Positions 40,129 to 51,338 of a DNA stretch of 64,000 nucleotides are shown piece by piece. The notes beneath the pieces were generated by a model. The model was not told the DNA's origin and did not search any database. It was given only the letters and a program-made list of their open reading frames with translations. Both the position numbers and the translations under genes were made by a program. Each line of letters starts with the position of its first letter. Position 1 is the stretch's first letter. Source of the stretch: Azolla caroliniana (taxonomy: Eukaryota > Plantae > Polypodiophyta); NCBI GenBank assembly GCA_043228905.1, contig JBHGNT010000005.1:6572001-6636000 (forward strand), written 5' to 3'.

Positions 40129-40604
40129 AGGGGCCGAGAAGGGTTCGACGTACAAGGTACTGTCCCACGGGCGTGCCATGTGTTACCGGCCGGCAAGGAG
40201 TCCAAAATACGGAGTGAAGGAATTAATTAAGTATGGTTGTAAATAAGCCTAGTATGGACGGACGGACTGGAAACGGTATGCCGTTCCAGATCCAGACGGA
40301 TCCCGAATAGGTGCGATAGGCACCGTTTTGTACTACGGGCCGGAAACCTATTTAAAGGCCCAGACCCCATTGTAATCGCAACGGATAATTAAGAGAGCAT
40401 ATGGTGTTTATACTTCTGTGTTGATTTCCGTTCTGTACTTACTGTTATATCTTACGCGTGTAATTAACAAAAGCACTCTAATCGTGTAACCTACTTAAGT
40501 CGGTGTAATCGTTGAATCTTAATCCTATGCCGTAATCACCCTTTGGTGAAGTGTCTCCGTGACACCTTGTGTTAGGCCTTGTCCGGTCAGAGAATAACAT
40601 CATC

Positions 40605-43600
40605 GTCCGAGACCTGTACGAACCGATCGACAATGCCGAGATACCCAAGGGGGTAATAGAGTCGGAGTGGAAGCTCCTGAACCGGAAAGCCGTAGCGACG
40701 ATCCGGCAATATGTCGATGTAAGTGTTCTGCAACATGTGGGGAACGATACGAACGCCTATGAGATGTGGCAGAAGCTGTCCGGACTGTATGAGAGGAAGA
40801 ATGCTCTGACCCGGACCTCCCTGATGAGGAAGATAGTGAATCTTAAGTACCGGGACGGCGAGAGCATGGTCGAACACGTCAGCACGTTCATGGGATTCGT
40901 GAACCAGCTTGCGGCGATCAAGTTCCCGTTGGATGACGCAATGCAAGCCATCATGCTGATGTGTACCCTTCCGGAGAGCTGGGAGAACTTGGTAGTTACT
41001 CTCAGCACCTCTTGTAAGGAAGAGAACTTGTCTTTGCTAACGGTAAAGACAAGTATTCTAAATGAAGAAGCGCGTCGGAGAGATAAAGAACCGGCCTCCG
41101 ACTCGAAGGCGCTGCTTACCGAATCCGAATGGGGAAGACAACGGAACCGGAGTCCGCAAAGACGGGAGAAGTCGGGGACACGGTCGCAGTCGAGGGGAAG
41201 ACCTACATGCTTCTACTGTGGGAAGCCGGGGCACTTCCAGAAGAACTGTCGGCATTTCCGGAAAGACAACGGAACCGACGGTACCGATTCGAAGAAGTCA
41301 CCGGAGCGAAACGGTGCATACCGGGGAGCCACGGACCGGAGAGGTCCGGATCGGCGAGGGCAGGACCGGAAAGGAACGACGGCACTCGCGGCAAGTGAAG
41401 AAGAGATAATGCTCATTACCGAAGAGAGTGAGCTGAACCTTGCCGGTGAAGAGATGACCTGGGTGGTCGATTCCGGAGTGTCGTTCCACCTGACCCCGGA
41501 GAAGAAATACTTCTCATCCTACACAGCCGGTGAGCATGGCTGTGTCCGGATGGGAAATGAAGGTACATGCCGGATTGCCGGCATAGGAGACGTGTGGCTG
41601 ATGACATCAACCGGATGCAAGATGCTGCTGAAGGATGTCCGACACGTTCCGGAGGTTCGATTGAACCTGATTTCGACCGGGAGGCTAGACGATGAAGGCT
41701 ACACGGGTAGCATCCGGAACGGTGTCATGAAGTTCAGCAAAGGGAGCCTGATAGTGGCTCGGGCCCGGAAGGTCAACACACTGTACCTAATGAATTCCCG
41801 GCTATGTCCTGAGGAGCTGAACGTGGCAGTTGACACTGCCGGTGAGCTGTGGCACAAGAGACTGGGCCACATGAGCGAGAAGGGGATGAAGAGGCTTGCC
41901 GAAGACAACCTGATACCGGTAAAGCACGTACACCTGGGGAAGTGTACCGACTGTCTGGCCGGTAAGCAAAACCGGACCTCCTTCCGCTCAAGACCACTGA
42001 TGAGACGTAGTGTACCATTGGAGTTGGTACACACTGATGTGTGTCAGGTAGAAACGAAGTCACATGGCGGAGCCCAGTACTTCGTAACATTCATAGATGA
42101 CCACAGCCGGAAGCTGTGGACGGCACCGTTGAAGACAAAGGACCAAGTATTGTCCGTCTTCAAAGAACTCCACGCGAGAGTGGAAAGAGAATCCGGCAAG
42201 AAGCTGAAAGCACTACGAGCGGATAACGGAGGAGAATACCGAGGGCAATTTGAGGAGTATTGCCGTTCGATGGGAATCCGGCTCGAGTTTACTGTGCCGA
42301 AGACGCCAGAACTGAACGGGCTGGCCGAGAGGATGAACCGGACCATAATGGAGAGGGTCCGGAGTATGCTAGCACATGCGAAATTACCCAAGGGATTTTG
42401 GGCTGAGGCAATGTCGACGGCGACATATGTGATAAATAGATCACCCTCAGTACCCCTGGATGGAGACACGCCACAGAGAGTGTGAACCGGTAAGGAAGTG
42501 TCCTACCGGCATTTGAAGGTGTTTGGGTGTCTCGCATACGTGCATGTGGCAAAGGACCGGAGAGGAAAGTTAGATCCAAAGACCCGGCCATGCATATTCG
42601 TCGGTTACGGCGACGACGAGTTCGGCTACCGAGTATGGGACCCGGTCGACAAGAAGATATTCAGGAGTCGAGATATCATCTTCATGGAGGACAAGACACT
42701 CGCCGACTGGGAGTCGGAGAAGAAGATGAAGAGCTCCAAGTCAACCAGTGAGGATCAACTCTACGAGAAGCAGTCCCGACCGGCAAGGGACCGGTTAACA
42801 CTCGAGGATCCGGCCGAAGACGGTGAAGAAACAGAACCGGCCGAGGAAGATGAAACTGATACCGGAACCGGCCCCGATCCCGAAATGGATTCGGATGAAG
42901 AGGAAACGGAGGAGCCGGTTACCGAAGCTCCGGAACGGAGATATCCTCTAAGAGAGAGAAGAGCCCCCCGGAGATTTCCGGAACCAGAGCACGTGCTGCT
43001 AACCGACGAGGGGGAGCCGGAGAGTTTTGAAGAAGCAAAGCTTGACACCCATAGTCGCAGGTGGTTAAGTGCCATGCAGGAGGAGATGGATTCCCTGCAT
43101 GAGAACCACACATATGAACTTGTGGAGTTGCCGAAAGGAAAGCGGGCACTTCGAAACAAGTGGGTGTTCAAGCTGAAACCGGGAGATGCCGGAAACCCTC
43201 CGAGATACAAAGCCAGGATCGTGGTGAAGGGGTTCCAGCAGAAGAAGGGCGTTGACTTCGACGAGATATTTGCCCCGGTAGTGAAGATGACCTCCATCCG
43301 GACGATGCTGAGCATAGCGGCAAGCATGGACCTCGAGGTAGAACAGATGGACGTGAAGACGGCATTTCTTCACGGTGACCTCGAAGAAGAGATCTACATG
43401 CAGCAACCGGAAGGATTCGAGAAGAAAGGGAAGGAGCACCTGGTATGCCGGTTGAAGAAGAGCCTTTACGGACTGAAGCAGGCTCCCCGGCAATGGTACC
43501 GGAAGTTCGACTCTTTCATGACCGACGAAGGGTACCACAAAACGCAGTCCGATCACTGCGTGTTTGTGAAGAAGTTCGAAGGAGGAGACTTTCTAATACT

Positions 43601-44585
43601 CCTCCTGTACGTGGACGACATGTTGATCGTCGGACGGGACCAGGTCAAGATACGGATGCTGAAGAAAGCGCTTCACCGAACCTTCTCAATGAAGGACCTG
43701 GGTCCGGCGAGGCAAATACTAGGGATGCACATCATCCGGGACCGGAAGAAGAAGCAGTTGTGGCTGTCACAGGAGAAGTACGTGACAAAGGTGCTTCAAC
43801 GGTTCAACATGTCGGAAGCAAGACCGGTCGGATCGACCCTCCCTGCAAACTGCAAGTTGTCCAGCAAGCAAAGTCCCAAGACAAACGCTGAGAAGGAGGA
43901 CATGATGAAAGTACCATATGCCTCTGCCGTCGGAAGCTTGATGTACGCAATGGTGTGTACAAGACCGGACATAGGATATGCAGTCGGAGTGGTGAGCCGG
44001 TACATGAGCAATCCCGGCAAAGAACACTGGAACGCGGCCAAGTGGATACTCCGATACCTGAAAGGCACGGCAAACGTGTGCCTCCGATTCGGCTCCGGTA
44101 AGCCCGAACTCGACGGCTTTACCGATTCGGATATGTCGGCTGATGCAGATACCAGCCGGTCCACATCAGGGTATGTGATGACGTATGCAGGGGGAGCTGT
44201 TTCGTGGCAGTCGAGGCTGCAGAAGACGGTTGCATTGTCAACCACGGAGGCGGAGTACATGGCGGTTGTTGAAGCCGGCAAGGAAATGATATGGATGAAG
44301 GACTTCATTAGAGAGCTCGATATCCGGCAGGAGGAGTACCGACTCTACTGCGACAGTCAGAGTGTTATCCACCTTGCGAAGAACGCGGCCTATCACTCCC
44401 GGACGAAGCACATCCAGCGAAGATATCACTGGATCCGGGAAAGGATAGAAGACCAGGAGTTCGTGCTGACGAAGATCCACACGGACGAGAACGGGTCAAA
44501 TATGCTGACCAAAGTGCTCACACCCGACAAGCTGGAAGCGTGCCGGAAGAGGATCGGATTGGAGAGACATCCCATGCCGAAGTGA
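40605..44585 (+). pseudogene. Remainder of the copia gag-pol, with one TGA at 42483-42485
   Basis: CFYCGKPGH, WVVDSG, HTDVC, YVDDML and KHIQRRYHW. The two ORFs are in frame across the stop. Confidence 0.95.
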
Positions 44586-45273
44586 AGGGGGAGTTTGTTG
44601 GGATTACGGTCCCTCCGGATGGGATGGTCGGATGTCCGGGAGCCGGATGACGAAGACCCCGGCTACGGAGCCGGATGATGAAGACCCCGGCCACGGAGCC
44701 GGATGACGAAGACCCCGGCCACGGAGCCGGATGATGAAGACCCCGGCTACGGATCCGGATGATGAAGACCCTGGCTACGGAGCCGGATGATGAATGTACC
44801 CGGAGAGAGATCCGGATGCGGGGACATATTTGTGAATATGTTTGCCAAGGGCCCTTGAGGCTATATTTGTAAATAGCCCGAAAGTCATATGTGTATAAAT
44901 ATGACTTAGGGCAAACTGTTTAGTGCTGCTGTAAGTTGTTGCTCATTTTCTGTTTTCCACTTAGAGGGAGCGAAGTGAGAGCAGCCGAGAGAGAGAGTGA
45001 GAGAGAGAGAAAGGAAGAGGTTGACGCCTCTGTGTAATACCGCCGCCTGTGGCGAGGACAGCGAGCTCAAGGTCGTCGCCTTGCAGCTCGCCATTGTACA
45101 TTCCCTGCGTATAGTGATAGTTGGAGTCTTGCACTCCCGTGGTTTTTCCCGTCTAGGGTTTTCCACGCTAAACCTTGTGCATTCGAGTCTCTCTCTGTGT
45201 CTGCATTGATTCGTGTTTCCTCGGTTGTGGCCGAGAGGTGAAGGTTTTAAAAGCGTCAATTCCTAACACATCG

Positions 45274-46666
45274 ACGACTACTACAAAGGCAGGACACGGG
45301 AGTTTTCTGAGAGATATCTGATGAGCTTGGGCAAATTTCCTATCCATGAAGCAAGAATTAGCTCCGGAATCTAGAAGTGCTAAGACATGTACTGGAGGAG
45401 TACTTTTAGTACTAACTGTTACTTGGGCGACGAACACATTGCTAGCTTGCTTAGAGGGAATGGAACCACTAATGGGCTGCACAGATCTAGGGTTGTCCAA
45501 CCAAAAGGCTCCTAGTTTGGCTGGACTTAGTCGTTTAACTCTTCTTCTAACTGACTAAGGACATCAAATTTGTTCGTTAGATTTGGGCTATTAGTATTAT
45601 TAGGACTATCAGATATCCCTACTGAAATAGACTCGGGTTTAGTACAATCAGAACTAGCAACTATTTGGTTTACCTGCCTTCTTGGCCTATGGGGACCGTT
45701 TACCGCAATATGCCCTGGTCCACCACAATAAAGACATAGTCGGTTTGTTCGGCGTCGTTACTTTTCTTCTTCCGATAGCGGTCCACGATGACGTGTGGTG
45801 TCAATTTCCATCTAAGTTGGAGTACTTACTAGAGGCGCATTATATGACTCCCTCGGAAAAGGTTTTGCTACCACTGAGGCGTAGGTAGGCTCTGATCTTG
45901 CCCTCGGAATCTGGAATTGTCGTTCCGAACGTCCTTCGAAGAGGCGGTTGTCGCATCTCACCGCACGACTAATTTCTTCTGTTAATGACTTTGGCTCTTC
46001 GGGGAAGTTCAAGAGTAAATCCTTGACATCGTTGCGTAAGCCATAACGGAATTGCTCCATCAATGCGTGATCATCCCAAGGGATATCAACAACGAGTAGG
46101 CGGAAATCTACAGCGTATGCGGAGGCTGGACGATCACCTTGGCGTAATCGCCTGATTTTGTTAATTGTAGTCCTAATGCTGTCAATATCTCCAAAATAGG
46201 CCTTAAACTCACTTATAAATTCTTCAAAACTATTTAGTAATGGAGATTCCTTTTCCAACAATGGAGCAAACCATGCTAACGTTGAGCCACTAAGGAGAGT
46301 GCCTACTAGTCCCACTTGTGATGCATCGGAGGGATATCGAGAAGGATGCATTTGTATCACTAAACGTACCTGATTCAAAAACCCTCTAAACTGTGATCGG
46401 GTCCCATCAAATTTTGTAGGAAGACCGATCTTGGGTTCTTTGTGAATCCCTTGAGTGTTTGATCCTTGTTGTTGTAATGATATGATAGTTGCTTCGAATT
46501 GTTGTACACGTAACGTCAACTCCCCATGTTGTTGTTTTTCCAACGCTATTTGTTGAAGATCCCCCAACAAACGATGATTTTCTTGTTCTAGTGCTACAAA
46601 TTTCTCTTTTAAGCACTGGAGCTCCAAGAAAACATATTGGTATTCCTGAGCGCTAACAGTTTCCAT
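45274..46666 (-). pseudogene. gag and protease N-part of the Tcn1-type element
   Basis: KFDGTRSQFRGFLNQ and LRQGDRPASAY..FRYGL (retrotransposon gag); ALLDSGANSCFM (protease). Confidence 0.9.
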
Positions 46667-46690
46667 TTTACTAGGGAGGATAAGAGGATT

Positions 46691-46895
46691 AATAAGAAGA
46701 TAAAAGGAAGAGGAGGAAAGGAAGATCGACCAACCGAAAATCGGTTCAAACTGTCAGGAACAATACTAAGACAGAGAAGGAATTAGTACTAAAAGAAGTA
46801 TTAGTACTAAGAGAGGTGAAGAACTCTCGAGAGAAGGAAAGAGTTGGTGAGAGGGAGAGAGAGAGAGAGAGAGAGAGTGATAATAAGAAAAGATA
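46691..46895. repeat. Direct duplication of LTR U5, PBS and leader (other copy 47678-47892) flanking the Penelope-like insert
   Basis: Near-identical from AATAAGAAGATAAAAGG to TAATAAGAAAAGATA. The copies differ in (AG)n length and a few bases. Confidence 0.92.
46738..46749 (-). promoter_or_regulatory. Self-priming primer-binding site
   Basis: Sense TTGAACCGATTT just after the LTR is the exact complement of AAATCGGTTCAA in the LTR (47956-47945; 26368-26357), ~27 nt downstream of TATAAAAG. Confidence 0.8.
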
Positions 46896-47677
46896 ACAAT
46901 TATTGCTATGACCGTAGGATCGTGACAAGGAGTGCGAGCGAACTAGCACAACTATTGAGATGATATGGGAAGAGTAAGAAAAGAAATAAAGCAATGATGC
47001 AAGTGAAACTAAGGTGAGTAGGATTAGAGGTGACCAAGAGTAAAAGAGAATGAGAGAATGAGATGAAAGAAGAAGAGAAGAAGAGAAGAGTGAGTGAGAA
47101 AAGAGAAAAGAGAAAAGCTTAAGGAATTTTCATTAGAAAGACCTTGTGCAAACTAGTTTCGCTCTAGGTAGAGCTCATCAGTGCCAAGGTCATTTACAAC
47201 AAGAGGGTAGGTATATATAGGGGGAAGGAGAGAGAGAGAGAGAGAGAATAGGAGTTTAATGATGGGAGAGAGGGAAACGGGGAATTGTGATAGGTAATGG
47301 ATTGGTTAGTGAAAGTGGGTTAGAGGGGGGTTATATGTATGTACATGATAAGTGATAGGTGGGGGTGGGTGTGGGGGTGGGATATAAAAGGCATATAGTA
47401 TTAAGTGGGAGTTTTTATGGATTTATATTTAGTTTTGACGAGAAGGGAATGAATGGACTTAGACTTAGTCCAACATATGAAGGGTCGCGGTAGTTCGGAT
47501 AGTTGGGGATGTGTGGCTAAATCTGCGTGGAGGTTTTCTAGCATGTCGTGAATTCCTAATCTAGGGGTATCTTTCGTATACCTAAGTTTGAAGATGACAG
47601 GTATAAGGGTACTTTTAGGTTTTCTACTAAATACTAGTGATTTCCTAGCGTTAAATGGCACCTTTAACGCTAGGAAC
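46896..47677 (-). mobile_element. 5'-truncated Penelope-like retroelement (RT C-terminal fragment plus hammerhead-bearing terminal region)
   Basis: The ORF end RKSLVF..IPVIFKLRY..LATHPQLSELPRPFICWTKSKSIHSLLVKT resembles the PLE RT C-terminal extension. A hammerhead lies downstream, and a long duplication flanks the insert. Confidence 0.7.
47140..47191 (-). ncRNA. Minimal type I hammerhead ribozyme
   Basis: GACCUUGGCA-CUGAUGA-GCUCUA(CC)UAGAGC-GAAA-C(UA)G-UU-UGCACAAGGUC. It has an intact core, a 10-bp stem I with one bulge, a 6-bp stem II and a short palindromic stem III (AACUAGUU). Confidence 0.85.
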
Positions 47678-47837
47678 AATAAGAAGATAAAAGGAAGAGG
47701 AGGAAAGGAAGATCGACCAACCGAAAATCGTTTCAAACTGTCAGGAACAATACTAAGACAGAGAAGGAATTAGTACTAAAAGAAGTATTAGTACTAAGAG
47801 AGGTGAAGAACTCTCGAGAGAAGGAAAGAGTGGGTGA

Positions 47838-47877
<40 letters not shown>

Positions 47878-48148
47878 TAATAAGAAAAGATATATATTAT
47901 GTGAAGAGAATGTACAGTAGTAGCTAGGAGGCTTAAGATTGGTGTTGAACCGATTTGGTTCGAAATAATGCCTTGTGCCTCCTTTTATAGTGTTCTAAGG
48001 AATACTCCTGAAGTTTCTAGAATGTTCCAGAGAAATCTGGAATATACATCAATTTTCTATAATAAAACATAAAATGTATGGTCTAATGGTCAAGAGCTCG
48101 ACCCATGTAGCATAAGGTCATGGGTTCGAGTCTTGCCATATCATGACA

Positions 48149-49050
48149 CCACTTAGCTAATTAGCTACTATACTAAACTATGGTAGTAACTAATTAGCTA
48201 CCACTTAGCTAATTAGCTACTAAGCTAAAATATGGTAATCGCTAATTAGCTACCACTTAGCTAATTAGCTACTGTACTAAAGTATGTTACTAGCTAATTA
48301 GCCACTATAATCAAACTATGGTAGTAGCTAATTAGCTACTGTACTAAACGATGGTAGTGCCTAATTAGCTAAGTGGTCGTTAATTAGCTACTCAGCTAAC
48401 GTATGATAATAGCTAATTAGCTTGCACTTAGCTAATTAGCTACCACTTACATAATTAGCTACTCTACTAAAGTATGGTAGTAGCTAATTAGCTACCATTT
48501 AGCTAATTAGGGTTTAGGGTTTGCTACCATTTAGCTAATTAGCTATTGTATTAAACTATGGTAGTAGCTAATTAGCTATTGTATTAAACTATGGTAGTAG
48601 CTAATTAGCTAAGTGGTAGCTAATTAGCTACTCAGCTAACATATGCTAGTAGCTAATTAGCTACCACTTAGCTAATTAGCTAATTAGCTAAGTGGTAGCT
48701 AATTAGCTACTCAGCTAACATATGCTAGTAGCTAATTAGCTACCACTTAGCTAATTAGCTAATGTACTAAACTATGGTAGTAGCTAATTAGCTACCACTT
48801 AGCTAATTAACTATTGTACTAAACTATAGTAGTAGCTAATTAGCTACTATATTAAACTATGGTAGTAGTTTATTAGCTACCACTTAGCTAATTAGCTACT
48901 CAGCTAACTTATGGTAGTAGCTAATTAGCTACCACTTAGCTAATTAGCTACCACTTAGCTAATTAACTACATGTTAGGTAATTAGCTACTACACTACAAC
49001 CATAATAGCTAAATAGTTTCCACACTAGCAAAGATGGAACTAATTAGCTA
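48149..49050. repeat. TAGCTAATTAGCTA array (right part)
   Basis: Continuation of 25800-26142 after the TSD. Confidence 0.92.
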
Positions 49051-51123
49051 CACTATGGTCACTAGCAGCAATTTTACTTGTGTGTTTTCTCCACTCATCT
49101 GGGAGAGTTGTACTACAATCACCGAAACAGAATGCAGCAATGCGACGAGCATATTGAAAACAAACGATATGGTATATGTGTTGGCATGTTTGTATGTGAA
49201 CCAATAGAGTAGCAGATTTGTCCTCTACACGTAATCCACAAGCGATGGAACGTGCTTGAACAGTCAATATATCGTTTCTTGGTTCTCCTTTATTTGGTAA
49301 GGGAGCAAGAATGTTCAGGTCCAATTATTATCTGCTCCTTACCATCCCCTCCGCAAAATGTAGTTGCTTCTTAAGGCAGCTAACTACCTGTTCTTGACAA
49401 GAGTATTGTTCCTTCAATGCAACCGAGAAATTTATCGATTAATTATTCCTTAATGAGGAAGATATAACAACAAGAAACAAGAATCATTAACTTACTTGTA
49501 GCTTTTCCAAATTGTAATTAGCGACAGTATTTACACCTAGAAGGTCTAGGTTCATTGAAAGAATCTGGATATCTGTCTGCGGTTGAATTTTCTGATGGGG
49601 ATCCAGCGACCCCTCAATTTCAAGTTCATGTTGAGCAACTTGTTCCAGATAATGCCTCAGTAGCACATTTTCATGTACAAGTTATTTATAACATATTACA
49701 TACTAGCAAAACAATAGGTACCTGAATCTTATTTCTGATTGTTGTAACTGCCAAAGTGACTTTGCTCTCCATCGCAGCAGCCAATGTTTCTTTCTCTAAA
49801 TCAGTCTTAAAAAACTCCAATGTCTCACAGGCTTCATGGACATTTTTTAGCATATAGCTAATCAATGTCTCACCTGTATCATCGACATTGGCTTTCATTG
49901 TGTGTCAGTGTGGCGTATACTTGCAGGTTTGTTGGGAGTCGGCAGTTGCATCATCAACTGCCATGCTCCAAAATCTTGCCATTTTTTGTTGCAAGCTCCC
50001 CATCTTCCGACATCTTTCTATCGATGCCTCACCATAAATTGCCCAAGCTACCCTGTACATTTCAGGGTCACGAGATTCCTTTGTTGTTTTGCAATACTTG
50101 TATGCAAAAGCTCTGGCAAATGAAACAGACAACTCGTTGTTGACTGGGATCTCTTGATGTACTTTCTGGTGCAATCTCATGCAGTCGTCGTATAGCTCCG
50201 GTCGTACATGCTTGAGCTTGACCTTGCCTTTCACTCTAGGCACTTTATATACTGACATCCAGTCTACATCACTAATCAATCTATCTATTAGAACAACAGG
50301 GTCAATACCCTCAAGCGACCGACCATATATGTTGTGAAATTCCTCCTTTGTCTTGCAAAATTTTGCGAAGTTCGGCACTCTAGGATAGGGAGGAACAAGC
50401 CACCTAAAATAGAAAATTAGTAATCATAATTGGTGCAAAAACAAAAATTTTAATGTGAATTTGGTGCAAAATTACAACACTTTGAGACAGTAATCTGAAA
50501 TTTGAAATCTGTCCTTTTCAACATGATTCAGAAATCAACCACTTAAAAAATCAAAAACCCTAATCAGAATTTGTCATGAGAATTGGTGCAAAATTACAAC
50601 ACATTACGACAGTAATCAAAAATTTGTAATCAAAAATTTGTAATTAGAAATTTGTAACCAGAAACTTGTAATCTGAAATTTGTAATCAAAAACCCTAAAC
50701 CACTTAAGGGAAACACAAACCCTAATCATCACTAAAGGCAGAAATAAACCGTAATACAAAATTCTGTCAATCAGAAACACACCTGCTGCTACACCTCGAT
50801 CTTCGAGACATCCTTGTTTGGGACTCCAATGACTTCGCCCTATTCAATTTTTGGGAAATATGAACAGGCACCAAAGTTACAGACAGTTATCAAAAAGGAA
50901 AAAAAATGTTTTTTTAATATGTAACTGATACATACCTAGACGAGGATCGACTTGCTCGTGTGTTGTAGCTCTGAAGGTGCAATGTCGATCTCAGAGTTTT
51001 TGTGTTGTTGCAGGGGCTTCGTTTGCATTCATGCTCAGAGTACTCCATCTGTTTGGAGTTCGACCTCGAACTCAGGATTATCAAGAATTTGATGACATTC
51101 AAGTCGACCTTAGATGATGGCAC
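49040..51123 (-). pseudogene. Degenerate multi-exon cargo gene: unknown N-terminal domain, helical region, RING-like finger
   Basis: Splice-like sites at ~50935 (donor), 50405 (acceptor), 49722 and 49496 (donors). ORFs 49905-50378 and 49686-49898 are in frame across one TGA. RING-like pattern ACG..CQHIYHIVC..CFGDC..LPDEW. Confidence 0.55.
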
Positions 51124-51338
51124 TATTCCCCATGTTCCACTACGTCAGAAACCAAAGTTCAAATATTTGAGTATTCTCATAAATTAAATGACATGTATTT
51201 AACTAATAAAACATAAAATTTCGTAAATCATCCTTATGATTTTCCCACAAAAAACTAGCTAAACAAATAGCTAATTAGTTGTGGCCATTTTAGTAGCTAG
51301 TTAGCTATAATAGTGTTTCCACTTGCATGCTTTTGCCC

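Larger units (their letters stand above)
30708..40599 (+). mobile_element. Full-length non-chromoviral Ty3/gypsy element with an extra 3' ORF
   Basis: 419-bp LTRs 30708-31126 and 40181-40599, with TSD TCATC at 30703-30707 and 40600-40604. PBS TGGCGACCAC is at 31133. Confidence 0.97.
29911..45268 (+). mobile_element. Full-length Ty1/copia element inserted in the Tcn1-type protease and interrupted by a gypsy
   Basis: 673-bp LTRs 29911-30583 and 44596-45268, with TSD CATCG at 29906-29910 and 45269-45273. iMet PBS at 30587-30598, PPT at 44580-44593. The gag ATG is at 30615 (MEGGSSG..WKIKMEDLLI) and continues at 40605. Confidence 0.97.
26143..48148 (-). mobile_element. Tcn1/Tf1-type chromoviral Ty3/gypsy element carrying copia, gypsy and Penelope-like insertions
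   Basis: LTRs 26143-26585 and 47739-48148, with TSD CCACT at 26138-26142 and 48149-48153. The PPT GAAGGGGGGATAG lies next to 26585. Confidence 0.95.
18448..51338 (+). mobile_element. Large Sola2-like DNA transposon (~10.9 kb without the nested 22-kb insertion)
   Basis: Terminal inverted repeats GGGTGAAAGCATGCGAGTGGAAA (18448) and reverse-complement GGGCAAAAGCATGCAAGTGGAAA (ending 51338). The transposase has DF(V)ENY..NEIQSMHW..QVTI. The same TAGCTA arrays occur throughout. The flanks do not form a TSD. Confidence 0.75.

Noticed and set aside
40569-40604. N-terminus of the 638-aa ORF (MLGLVRSENN)
   Set aside because: It derives from the inserted gypsy LTR. The real copia gag starts at 30615.
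32336-44480. Numerous antisense and overlapping ORFs within the gypsy and copia coding regions
   Set aside because: These are shadow frames of GC-rich coding sequence with no independent motifs.
48510-48521. TTAGGGTTTAGGG as an interstitial telomere
   Set aside because: Only about two units. Such telo-box-like motifs also occur at ~890-910 and are common by chance.
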